NCBI RefSeq assembly: GCF_009834535.1
Contig: NC_045705.1
Location: 50,468,001 to 50,532,000, forward strand
Direction: 5' to 3'
Length of the DNA stretch: 64,000 nt
From: Camelus ferus
Lineage: Eukaryota
Part shown: positions 48,818 to 60,761 of the stretch, in pieces
How the letters are laid out: every line of letters begins with the position of its first letter
How positions within the stretch are numbered: the first letter of the stretch is position 1
Position numbers and translations under genes: made by a program
The notes under the pieces: model-generated
Database searches by the model: none
What the model was told of the DNA's origin: nothing
Seen by the model: the letters and a program-made list of their open reading frames with translations, nothing else

Positions 48818-50854
48818 CTGCCAGGGAAAGAACACATTCTCCATTACAGAGTTATGATTTCCTTATTTCATCATGAAAAGAGGAGGTGATGCTCCTGTAC
48901 ACAGAGTCAGAGGGAGGAAGATGCCAGAGATGGACTCAGAGGTCCCGGAGCCCACAGCTTGGGATTTGGAAGGAGAGATGTGGGAGTGTCAGGCTCCCAT
49001 GGGGGAAGGAAGGAAAGTCCAAGAGCCACTATGTCTCATGCTCACGTGCGAATGTTCCCAAAAGGTGGAGCAGGGCTCTCTGGGGTGTTTCTTAGAAACA
49101 GACAGCTACCTCTAACATTTGCCCTAAAGGCATGGGGTCAGGGCTGGGGCTACGTTAAATCACCCAGTCAGTAAACCACCTGAGGCCCCTGCCCACCCCA
49201 CGCCTGACCACTCCCACAGGCCAGGCAGCCACTGCCAGGGAAACAGGCTCTTCCTTCTCACACGTGCACCAAGGGGTTCTCAGACGAGACGTTAGTTTGA
49301 GATTATACGAGAACACAAGGGAGGGAGACTATAATGAGTATCAATTCATTTGAAGCACATGTAGTGGGGTCTGTGCCAACCTCCCATCAGTCAGGGAACA
49401 AGTAAGATGCAGGGATGTACTCAGACTGACAGGAGACAGGAGTGCGGCCGGGGCCAGAGGACGAGCCTCATTCTGAACTGTGGGGGCTGAAATCAATTAG
49501 CCCAGTTACAGTGGAATTCTGGCAGCTGTCACCTGTAAGATCAATCTCACTCCCTCTCTCTCGGGAGTGCACACATGCACACACATAGCCCCTAGTCACT
49601 GCAAACCTAAACTCTCAAGCATTTTGTCTCCCTTTTGGACTATGCCCATAATCGGTCCTCAGAGGGATTCAGAAGATGCCATGCTCAAGTCCAGATCTGC
49701 CCGCTCAGTGTCATGCCCTCAGCCCAGCCAGCGCTCCTGTGAGCCGTTTCCCGGAGACTTCCCAGGGCCACTGTCTCTAACTCCCTAATACAGTCAGACT
49801 CCCTGCTCCTGGCTTCTCAGCTGATCTTTTTCCATTTCCCTCCAAGGTGTCCAGCCTTCAGATTTCAGTTTGCTTCTTAGCATTATCCTCCGGCCCGTTT
49901 CCCCAAAGCTTTGGCCGAGAGGCTCCTCCTCTGGGACCCACCAAGGCCAGGCCAGACCCAAGCATCACCCCAAGGGTTCCTTCTAGACCCACTTGCACAG
50001 GGGAACCACGCAGGGGGATTGTCAGTACTCCGTCCTGCTTTCCTCATACACAGATGTACGCGTGTCTGAGCACACATCCTGTCCTGGGCTCTGAGAAGCT
50101 GGCCACTTCCCCGAGGGAAGCCAGCCCCCCAGAACGCTTTGGGGGGAAGGTAACTCAGGGGAACAGATCTGAGGGTGGTGGCAGGAAGCAGCTGCCAGGA
50201 GCTGACACGGGGGAGGTGGCTGGCCGGCCTGCCATCACCCAAACCCCCATCTCAGCCCACAGGGAGATGGTTCGAGCCTAAAAAGGCAAAAGTTGTGAGT
50301 CAGTTGTTGCCTTGCTTCCTGCCTTCGGCTTGCCAAATTCCTGCCAGATTCCTTCTCCTCCTCTTCCTCGCCCCCTCGTTCTCCTCTCTCTGCCACCTCC
50401 TGAGTCAAACTCCTGAACTTGCCTCAAGGTCCCCTCAGCTCAACAGACTGCCTTTTTGTTCCCCCGAGGAGCCATCCGGGAACATTCTGGCACAAAGCCA
50501 GGACACCTTGGGAAGCAAGCTGACCAGAAAGCCTTGGGGTTCCCAAGGTCATGACCTGGGAGCTGCCCCCTCTCTTCTCTGTCTCATCCCCACCTCACCC
50601 CAGCTAGTGGGGTCTCTACCCATGTTCCTCACACCCTGTCTTTAGGAGAAAACTTGGGAAGGGCTTAGGGGGGTGGGGGAAATAAAATACCTGCCACTCA
50701 AGCTGCTGCCTGGGAGGAGAAGGTGGGGCCAGAGCCCAGCAGAGGGGATGGGAAATCTCACCCACCTTTGGGTTCCCTCAGAGGACGGTGGAGGGGATCC
50801 TGGACCCCCACCCCCTTTACACCCACACCAGCTGCCCAGCACCATGCAAGTTCT

Positions 50855-50990
50855 GTAGCCCCTCAGTTTCCTCATCTGAGCAATGGGAAGCCTAGTGCTC
50901 CTTCACAGGGAAGCTGAAGAAATAAAATGGGATAAAGAGAGGTGCCCAGTGCAAAACACAGAGTAAATGGCAAGTGCTAGCTAAATATTA
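50855..50990 (+). mobile_element. MIR SINE
   Basis: cctcagtttcctcatctgagcaatggg. Confidence 0.7.
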
Positions 50991-51750
50991 ATTCCATCCC
51001 CTTCCCTCCCCACCACGTACACAAGGCACTGCTGAGCCACGGACCTGTTCCAGAAGGGGCTGCACATCCACCATGGCTAGGATTTCTCTAACTTGGGGTC
51101 CCAGGAGCTTCTTTCTCATTCACCAACTCAAGTCCTTCTCTGCCAGCCCTTTCTTATTTTCCTGGAAACCTCGGCATGCTCCTGCCAGAGCTGCCCTGCC
51201 CTCTGCAGTCCTGGGTGCCTCTCGCCCTTCCAGTCCCATCATGCAAAGGGGGTTGATGAGCAGACCAAGGCCTGGATTACAGCTCCTCCCACAGCCCCCT
51301 GGGTCACCTGCCTCTTCTCTGGGCCCTCCACAATGGAGACCTTTCTGCTTGATCCCAGAGGTCATCCTGGTGAGTATGGTCAGCTGGGGGAGGGTGTTAA
51401 GCAGCCGCCTCCATCTTCCTGCCTGGGGCCGGGGCCAGAGCCAGCTGAAACGGGGCAGTGAAGGGATGGAGGAGTTGGTAACCCAAAATCTGCTCTCTCC
51501 TACAGGACCAACCTCACCTATTGGGGTTCCTTTTTGGGTAAAACAAAGATGATTGAAATGATGGCTCTGGGGATTTTCACAAAGACTGATTGCTGGGTGC
51601 AGCTTCCCAGAATTTGGAGCTTAGGCAATGCTCAAATCCTCCCAAAGTCTTGGAGTGCCCTCTAGGGGCGGCAGCTGCTCAGGCTGAACCCACAAGTGGC
51701 ATTTGTTCCTGCGCTCAGGCCAATCTGCTTGTTCCCTGGTTCTTTGGTAA

Positions 51751-51817
51751 GTTCGTTCATTGTTTGTTTGTTTGTTTGTTCATTCGTTCGTTCGTTCGTT
51801 CGTTCGTTCATTCATTC
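51751..51817. repeat. Compound (GTTT)n(GTTC)n(ATTC)n tetranucleotide repeat grown from an antisense L2 tail
   Basis: Read directly; followed by L2 3'-end text (ccaggcccatgctaggcact). Confidence 0.85.
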
Positions 51818-53356
51818 GGCAAGTAAGGACTGGGTGTCTTCTCTGTTCCAGGCCCATGCTAGGCACTAAATCCATAGAAATGATTCCAATTCAAGGCCTA
51901 CCCTCAAACCAGCCTTTTTATAGACTTGAGAACCAACACCTGATACTCCCCGGATAACTAAAGACGCAGCTGAAGTCCTCAGACCCACCCCAGAAACCAT
52001 GCTGCTGGTTAGCAGTCCCCTCTCTCCTGTGCCTCCTTCAGCATCCCCCACCCTGCTGGGAGGGTCCCCCACCAGATTCCCTGCTCTCACTGCAGACTGG
52101 CAACTTCTTGAGGGTGAGGCTGGGCCCCTCACACTGGTGGTACTCAGTAAAGTCAGCTGGAAGCATTAGATGGACTCTGCACCCACAGGGACCAACACAG
52201 AAGCAGAATTCCTGTGACCGGGACGGGTGAGGTAGGAGAGTAAATGAGGTGACCTATGGAAAGAGCCCGGCCCAGGCCTTCCATAAACGTTGTCTCCTCC
52301 CCTTGCCCTTACCGCCTGGGACTGCAAGATGGTTCAAGAGTCATTTTAGGTTGTCCCAGGGGCTGTGGCCTGACCAGATGTGCAGCCCTGGCCCGCTTGC
52401 TGAGGTGCCCGTGTCCCAGCCTGGCCCCAGTGAGAGGGCCTGCAGGTCTACCAGTTGCTGGGAGAATGACTCACTGGCCAGGAGTCAGCGGTGACTCAAA
52501 AGGAAGGAGTCAGCTAAACTAGCACACTGTCCCAACTCCAGTGTTTCTTTTTTTAGAAACTTTTGTCTAACCCAAGGATTTCCTGGGTCCACCTCTCTTA
52601 CAGCAAAGTCTGGAGAGGGAGTGTGAGGCAGGAGGAGGTGGAAGGCAGCAATGGACTTGGAATCAAGCGACAACTCCCTGCTCCTCTCTCAGGATGGAAG
52701 AGGGAACCCCTGCTCTGTAACTGGGGCAGCCCCAGGAAGGTGCCAGGCCTGGGATGCTGAGCAGCTGTGCATGTGGTCACTGCACTATCTGGTGGGAACT
52801 GGCTGCCTTGGCACCCACTGCAGGCCCTGGTCCACTCGCCTGCTCTTCCCTGGGATGTGGGACAACAGCCTGCTTAGAAAAAGGAACAGGGCAGTGTGTA
52901 TTTGTGCGTTTGTGTGTGTGTGTGTGTACATGCGTGTGTGTGCTTGGGTTCCTTCATTGCTTTGCTCGCTACTGCAAAGGTTAAGCTGATGCCCCCAGCC
53001 CAATTCAGTATACTCAGTCAAAATAAAGCCTCTGGGCCTGTTTTCTCATCTGTGTTTCAAGCAGCTTGGAGCTGATGATTGCTAAGGTCCCTTTCAAGTG
53101 CAATTGTAGTGCTAAGGCTCCATGACTCCAGAGTGGGCAGCTGAGGGGGAAGGGAAGGTAGTAAATCCCTTGGAAATTCCTTCCTCCAGTCAGCAGCAGA
53201 AAGAGTCAAGCTTACATTTCTTTCCTTGCCCCTCACATCCAGGAGGCCAGCTCAGAGAGGACATGTGAGGAGTGAGAACAGCTGCCCCTGAGAATTAATC
53301 AGACAACTCTGCCCACCCCTGCCCGCAGCCCCACCCCCAAGGAGCTCATGACTCAC

Positions 53357-53431
53357 TCGACTGGAATTTTCTCCTCCAGCTTTGGCATCTGCTGGGAGTT
53401 GGAGACTGGAAGCTGTTGGCTCGCTTCAGAG
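53357..53431 (-). CDS. MICAL2: MICAL2 exon (75 nt, phase 1 to 1): (A)LKRANSFQSPTPSRCQSWRRKFQS
   Basis: Acceptor ttttcttttttccaccacag|CT, donor CGA|gtgagt. Translated by hand; matches recalled human ALQRANSFQSPTPSKYQNWRREF. Confidence 0.9.
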
Positions 53432-53635
53432 CTGTGGTGGAAAAAAGAAAATGGCAGGGGAGTCTCTTAACTGGGTAGAATAAGCAGGGAGTTTTCTGTG
53501 GCCCATTGAGCAAAAGTTAACAGACTAATGGTCATAATTGACTGAGCCCCTTCCTTTCCTCAGACCGCACCTCCCTGTCTTCATAACACACACTTTCAAC
53601 TTTTCAGTTCATTCATTCATTAGATTTTTATTGAG

Positions 53636-53763
53636 GGTCGATGGGTATAGCTCAGTGGTAGAGTGTGTGCTTAGCATGCACGAGGTCCTGGGTTCAATCC
53701 CCAGTGCCACCACTAAAAATCAGTTAATAGCTAAATAAACCTAATTACCTCCCCCCACCAAAA
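53636..53763 (+). mobile_element. Vic-1-type SINE inserted in an L2 tail, with intact Pol III A and B boxes
   Basis: gggtatagctcagtggtagagtgtgtgcttagcatgcacgaggtcctgggttcaatcccc plus aataaacctaattacctcccc tail; flanks tttattgag and tttactgag. Confidence 0.92.
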
Positions 53764-55924
53764 TTTACTGAGACCCTGCTATGAGACAGGTATTGCCTTC
53801 TTTCAGCAAATATCTCAAACAATGAGGCATCATTCTAACTCATCCATCATTCACAAGCATCTGTGCATATATGTCTATACACATATATGTATACATGGAT
53901 ATGCATATATAACATGTTTGCTTTTAGCAGAGCAGTTCTTCAAGGCTGAAGTCTCACATCAATGTCCCACATGTATCGTAGATAAACCAGAGCTGCTCTC
54001 ATTGAAGCCTGGAAGCTGCAGAAAGCTCCACCCTCTCTCCCCATTACCCCAAGAGCCCTGAAAATCCTTTGGGAACCAGTTTTAACTGAACCCCTGGACC
54101 ATCCATTGCCACCACCCTGCCTTTTGGCCTAGTTCTACTGGAAACACATCTACAGGATGTTGTGGGCTGCGTTCTGGAAGACCTTCCACCCAGCTGGGCC
54201 TTGAGAATCAGCTGACGGGAACGAACATCATGGGCAGAAGAAATGGGTCTTGGCCGTCTGGGGCATGAGAGGGCCAGTGGGATGCAAAGGTACCCCTTCC
54301 CACACTGGGCCCTCACAGTTGGCCTCAGGCCTTTGTGATGGTGGTTCCATCATGCTGGAGAGAAGGATGGGGCTGAGGCACACCTGAATGGCTCACATAG
54401 GTGGGAACAGGAGGCATGGAAGGAGAGAGGGCCCACAAGGCTGATGTGAGCGTGGGAGAGTGGGGGGGAGGGAAGGTTTGAATGCAGGCCTCTCTGAATC
54501 CGAGGCCCAGCCACACCTCCCCTTGGCTGCCCCATAGGAAATCCTAGAGTCCCCACCCTTCCAGCGCTCAGAGCTGGGCGTCAGCTCCTACCAGCCAGGC
54601 TATGGAGCGCAGGTATCAACCACTACCCGAAGGCTTCCCTTCTTTAGGACAAGATCTCTAAATTCCTTAGGTCCTTGGCTCCCCTCCCTACCTCACACAT
54701 TTGGAGAACTTTGAGCCTGCTCCTGCTGGTGGGTTCCTCATCCCACAGGCCTGCTTTCATAATCCCATGGGTTTGAGGGGGAGCCTGGACGGATGGGTCA
54801 GGGTGCCGTCTCCCCATCTCCCCATAACAGGACCCACAGTCTACCTATGATGTAGGTCCACTTCCCCCTGTCAAGTGCGGGTCAGGGGCTTTCCAGGCCG
54901 GATGGATGTTTTACATGAGGAGCAAGCAGACCCCACGCACAGCACCATCCTGCTGATTCAGGTCAACCTCTTAATCACCCAACAGAGACATTTCTCAAGA
55001 AACATAGATGAGCGCTCAAAGCTCTTACTGCTTCTCCTAGGCTCTTAACTTTGTGGAAGGGGACTTAGCAGAAATGGTTAGAATTCGTGAGAGGTTTTCC
55101 ATCACTGGTATTTATAGGGCACACACGCTCACCGTTTTACCACAATTGGAACAACAGGGTGGGCAGTAATGATTTGATCCAGTAATTTTGAGCAGAGTAA
55201 AGCAGGGCTGTTCCCTTCTTTTTAGTTTATATTATATTTATTAATTTGTTTATATTTATTTTAAGGGAGTACTTTTGGAGACCTTAGCACATGACCCGCT
55301 GCAAAAGGAGTAAGAGGGTAACTACTGCGCCGTGTGGTGCTGACGATATTTTATTATCACAGACTAACAATACATAGGCCGTTGGACCATCCTGTCATCA
55401 AATTATTGCCAGAAAAAAATGCATAAGTACCAGTTTTTCTAAATCAGAATAATTTGGGGGCAGATTTCCTTCCTAACTGTAACTGGTTTATGTCCAAGAA
55501 CCCAGGGCACTAGATCAACTCATTCAGTTGCTCAGGTGTGCATTTTACAACTCACTCACCCAGCAGGCCCCTCGGAAGCTGCTCTTCTGTGATCCTCAAA
55601 GTGCAGGGCGTGGCCCTCCCGCATGGAAGCACCAGGGGTGCCGACCTAAATGCAGGTACTTGCCCCACCCGAGACCCATGGCATCTGAGTCTCTGAATAA
55701 GGGAACCCAAGAATCTGCCTCTTAAATAGGATCTTTAAGAACCATTGAACTAGGTGCTTTAGGGGAGCACTACTGAGCACTTTCTATAGCTTCCATAACA
55801 AGGGCTCGTGTTCTATTCCACACCATCATCTCGTACACCTTGGGCATCCCAGCATGCTCTATGCTAAAGAACGCTGAGGAGGTGATAGGTTCCTCGATGA
55901 GCTGAGGTGGTCCCAGAATCTTTT

Positions 55925-56430
55925 CACAGATGGTAAAGTGTATATAACATATGAGTGATCATTTAAGCCATTTCTAAGTGTACAGCTCAGTGGCATTAAG
56001 TACATTCTCATTATTGTGCAACCATCACGACCATCCTTCTCCAGAACTTCTTCATCCCAACTGAAACTCTGTCCCCATCAAATAATAATCCCCATCTACG
56101 CTCTTCCCCCAGCCCCTGGTGGCCGCCTTTCTATACCTTCTGTGCCTATGACTTTGACTATCCTGGGTATCTCATAGAAGTGGAAATANNNNNNNNNNNN
56201 NNNNNNNNNNNNNNNNNNNNNNNNNNNNNNNNNNNNNNNNNNNNNNNNNNNNNNNNNNNNNNNNNNNNNNNNNNNNNNNNNNNNNNNNNNNNNNNNNNNN
56301 NNNNNNNNNNNNNNNNTAGCAAAATTTGTTTATCCATTCACCTGCTGATGGACATTTGGGTCCTTTCCCCTTTCGGTAGTTGTGAATGCTGCTGCTGGGA
56401 GCATGGCGTACAAACCAGGAGTCTTTTTAA
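55925..56430 (-). mobile_element. L1MB-like 3' end, partly N-masked
   Basis: aagtgtacagctcagtggcattaagtacattc...ttgtgcaaccatcac...ctgaaactctgtcccc. Confidence 0.85.
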
Positions 56431-57989
56431 AGCAATATCCTGATCTTTTTCGGCATCCCCTCAGCTCACTGCTGAGCCATTTATCCAGGTGAAAATCATG
56501 ATTGATGAAGCGCCGTAACATCCACAATATGCTGCCAACCCTATACTACCTGGTAAAGTGAGGGACTCACCATCACCAACACAAAGCATGGTGCTTACAC
56601 GGTGCCGGAGACTTCAACCCTGCAGTGTGGTCTGCTTGGCCATGATGGAAACCAGGATGGACAAAGACAAAATACACAGAAGATGGCTTGAGAGTCGTGA
56701 GCTCTATTCACTTCTCTGCCTACTTTGTGTCTCATTCTGGAATTAAACTGGACTGTCAAACAAAATGCTTTGGCCACACTGCCTTGATCTCCACACCCAA
56801 CCCCGTCCTCCTGGGAGAAGTGCTCTAGCTGAGTCAGGTTTTGCTGTGGTCCCCTCACCTGCCAGCAAAGGATGCGCCTGAAACAGCCTTGGGGAAACTA
56901 TGGCTGCATTTTCTGCAGAGCCATTGTTCAAGATATGATGGAATATCTCTCTCAACAGCATCGAGTTGACCTGAGCTGGAAAAGTTCCATAGGGTGAAGA
57001 ATTAGGAAAAGTGGAACCTACTCTGAGACCTCCTGCACACCAATATATCTTTTCCATGTGAACAATGAGGAATAATTGTCTATTTCCATTTGAATTCTGG
57101 CCGCCAAAAAACTCAGAATGAAATTTATGATTCCATTAGAGCAGCTGTTTAGGATCATGGTCTCTGAGGTCTCTATCTCCTAACATTGGTTTTATCATTC
57201 CTACAGATAGACACACAATTTTGTGTNNNNNNNNNNNNNNNNNNNNNNNNNNNNNNNNNNNNNNNNNNNNNNNNNNNNNNNNNNNNNNNNNNNNNNNNNN
57301 NNNNNNNNNNNNNNNNNNNNNNNNNNNNNNNNNNNNNNNNNNNNNNNNNNNNNNNNNNAACATATGGCATTTTTCTCTTTCCAGCCCACTTCAATAAGAA
57401 TGTGTGTCATGTCTTTCTTGTAAGTTGCCTAAAATCCACTGGCAATTGAGGAGAGAGGAGAAATGCATGGAAGGGATGAAAGGCAGGTGGGCTTCCTATC
57501 TGTAAATGAGGGGACTGGAGCCCAGGGAGACGGACAGGCCTGCATGGGCCCAGTAGTACCCAAACAAGTGCTCAGACTCTGTCCACGGTGTGTGCTAATG
57601 TTCTCTAGACGGAACCACAGATGCTACGTAGCAAATGTGTTTTGATGACAATTTATCTGTTTTAAAAACAGCTCATGTGGGAGGTAAATCCAGAGTTTCC
57701 AGGATTCTGGCCCCAGCCCTTGTCTTCTTGTGAAACCATCAATTGTGAGAACATCTCCAGATTCAGGCGGAAGTTCTGCTGTTGGCCACCAGAGGGAAGC
57801 ACAGGACAAGTGGAGCTCTGGCTCTCATGGGGCAGCTAAGGCCATTGGTCCTGACAGGGGTGAATTTATGCAGCCTGTTTCTTCTAACCCGGAGGTCACT
57901 AGTTGCTCTTGACTAAATCAAAACACTCTATTCAAGGCCGCTTTTATTAAAAACAAGCTGGGATACCAAAGACAACGACTTCCTGGTGT

Positions 57990-58150
57990 GTGGAGCTCCC
58001 AGCACTGGGCCACACCACTTACTAAGCTGTGAGCCCTTGGGAAAACACTCTGCCCATGTGCACCCCTGTAAAATGGGCTTCATGCTACTTACCTCCCGGG
58101 GTCATGTGAGGATGAAACGGGGCCATGTACGTTGAAAGTCCTGGCCAACA
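57990..58150 (+). mobile_element. MIR SINE
   Basis: ctgtgagcccttgggaaaac...ctgtaaaatggg...tgtgaggatgaaa. Confidence 0.75.
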
Positions 58151-58653
58151 CAGGCCTTCAGTGAAAGAACAGTTACTATAGTACACAAGCCCCAAGCACC
58201 TGTGCTGCCCCCTGGTGGCCCCAGGGAAACTGCTGTCCAGGCCTGCATGTGGTCCAACAGCCACTGAGTCCACCCCCCTTCCCTCCTGGGCTATGGAATG
58301 CCAGAGGGGCCCCTCAGGAGGTAGTCACAGAGGAGACTGCTCCAGGCAAGAGGGTCTGGGGGCCCCCTTATCGCTGCCTGTGACACACAACAGCCAGCCA
58401 GGCCCCTCTGCCACCTTCCCACTTGAGATTCCAAAGCTTCTCATGCAGAGGGAGGCTGGGCCTGGGTCCAGGTCCCTCATCCCCACTTACACTCCAGCCC
58501 CCAAAGTTCTCAACTCCACTGCCTCTGAGCCTGAGGGCCAGACCTACTGTGACCTGGTCCTTCAGGAGGAAAAACTGGCCCTGAGGGTCTCTGAGCACCT
58601 CTATCCCACTACCCCCCCCCCCCATCTCTCACCCAGGCAGGCTCTCTGCTCAC

Positions 58654-58835
58654 CATGCACAGCTTCGGGCTCCCTGGGGCCCTGCAGAGAGCTTGTTCTG
58701 GTCAGGGCCTCCTTCAGGGAGCTGTGCTGGGTGAGGGGCTTGGGCAGGTGTGGGGGTTCCAGCTGCTGGGGTCTCTCATCACAGGACTCCACACTGGAGA
58801 ACTCACTGCCACCAGGATCCAACTCTGCATCGGAG
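58654..58835 (-). CDS. MICAL2: MICAL2 exon (182 nt, phase 2 to 1): [24 protein letters not shown]...GPREPEAVH
   Basis: Acceptor ctccttcctccttccag|C, donor CATG|gtgagc. Phases fit both neighbours; similar to human SDTESDYGGSEGSHTEPCEEKP...PEEPRAVH. Confidence 0.88.
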
Positions 58836-58967
58836 CTGGAAGGAGGAAGGAGAGAGCAGGTGAGCAGGGAGGCCTGTAGTCACCCGACCTCACACTGTGC
58901 CCTGCCCATCGCTGCTGGGGCAAGGGCCCTGGGTTAGCTGCCTCCACACCTGGCACCCTGCCTGGGC

Positions 58968-59762
58968 TGTTATAGGCTGAACTGCGTCCCCTCAAATTCA
59001 CATGAAGTCTGAACCCCTAGCACCTCAGAATGTGACTGCTTTTAGAGACAGTGATTTTTTTTTAGGTTTTTTTTTTTATTCTTATTTTTTACTGAAGTGT
59101 GGTCTATTTACAATGTTAGTTTCAGGTGTACAACAAAGTGATTCAGTTATACATATACATACTTTTTTTTCAGATACTTTTCCATTACAGCTCATCACAA
59201 GAAACTGAATATAGCCCCCTGTGCTATACAGTAGGTCCTTGTTTATTTTATATAGTCATGTGCATCTGTTAATCCCAAATTCCTAATCTATCCCTCCCCA
59301 CCCCCAATCCCCCACCCGCCGTAACCAGTTTGTTTTCTATGTCCGTGAGTCTATCTCTGATTTGTACATACAGTCTGTGTCTTTTCTTTTAAGACTCCAC
59401 ATGTAAGCGACTTCTTATGATCTTTGTCTTTCTCTGTAGAGACAAGGTCTTTAAAGAGGTAATTAAGTCAAAATGAGGTCATTGGGGTGGGCCCTCATCC
59501 AGTATGACTGGTGTCCTTACAACTTTCCTAAGGAAATTTAGACTCAGGCACACATAGAAGGGAAATGCCACGTGCACGTGAAGATGGCCATCGACAAGCC
59601 AAGGAATGGGGTTTGGAACAGACCCTCCCCTCACAGCCCCCAGAAGGAGCCAACCTTGCTGACACCTTGGGCCTGGAACTTCCACAACTATGAGAAAATC
59701 CATCTCCGCTGTTTTCGCAGCCCAGACTGTGGTTCTCACGGCAGCCCTGGCACGTGAATGCA
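58968..59762 (+). mobile_element. MLT1B-like MaLR LTR split by an L1 insertion
   Basis: The two halves join at tagagaca (59043-59050 and 59437-59444) to restore ...gactgcttttagagaca|aggtctttaaagaggtaattaag. Confidence 0.85.
59052..59436 (-). mobile_element. Artiodactyl/camelid LINE-1 3' end nested in the MLT1B LTR
   Basis: Poly-T, then tgaagtgtggtctatttacaatgttag...gtgattcagttatac...ttttctatgtccgtgagtct. Confidence 0.9.
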
Positions 59763-60131
59763 GGCGAGCCCAGATCAGAGCAGGTGAAAGCAGCCCCACA
59801 AGTGTGCAGTGAAGTACTCACAGAAGGCTGGTCCTCAACTGCGCCCATCCCCGAGCAGGACTCCTAAGTTCTCTAGGGCAATAATGAGCTCGTCATGATG
59901 ATGCTGGGTCTAAAACTTTAGGCATTTAAATACTGCTTGCCTCCCTTGGGAACAGAAGAGGGCAAGGAAAAGACTCCTAGGATGGGGGGATGTTTAACCT
60001 GGGTCTGAAACAACCATCAGGAATTCAAGTGGCAGGGAAGTGGAAGCAGATGTCCTGGGCAGTGGGGACAGGACAAGCACAGTCCTGGGGTGGGAAAGCA
60101 CAAAACCTGTAGCTTGGTGCCACGTTCACGA

Positions 60132-60170
60132 ATATATATATATATTCTGTGTGTGTGTGTGTGTGTGTGT
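60132..60170. repeat. (TA)n/(TG)n microsatellite
   Basis: Read directly from the sequence. Confidence 0.9.
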
Positions 60171-60761
60171 CTCCAGCATGCTTCTTTCTGTTAGGGCACT
60201 GCTCCTGGTCCATCTGTGAGCTTCGGTGGACCGTCTGTCTAGCTGGCAAACTGCCCAAGCCTGCCAGTCACAAGAACACAAGTCCTGTTCACCGACTGGC
60301 CCTAAGGGTGGGCTTGCAATGAACCAGTTGGAGGCCTACCTTACCTTGCTATGTGGACATGAATTTATGGATGTAGGCTGAGACCCTCAGCAGCTGAGAG
60401 TCCCACACATGGGCCCCTCTGTGGACGGCTGTAAATCTGACATGCAGCGGGGCAGCAAGGGAGAGCAGCTGTTCAAGTCTCTGGCTCCAACCTTGCCGAA
60501 GTGAGGACCACCCGTGGACTTGCCAGTCAGGTGAACCAGAGTGTTTGCCTTTGTTGCCTCAACTGGTTTGAGTTGTTCTATACCCTTGACGTATTAATTC
60601 TTTGATCCTTATAGCTCCCTTGGGATGGTCCCATTTTACAGATGAGGGCATGGAGGCACAGAGAGGTCACATTGTAAGTGAGTGGAGAGAAGACTGGCCC
60701 CCAAATGCCGTCAGCCTTGCCCCACCCTTCTGGCCCCACTCCTACAGCAGCAGCAGCCTAC

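Noticed and set aside
53641-53712. tRNA-Ala(AGC) gene
   Set aside because: The anticodon arm and boxes are intact but the acceptor stem does not pair and a SINE tail follows, so it is a Vic-1 SINE like the other three copies.
58215-58937. 240-aa plus-strand ORF
   Set aside because: It lies antisense to a real exon in GC-rich sequence and shows no recognisable domain or splice structure; consistent with a chance or shadow ORF.
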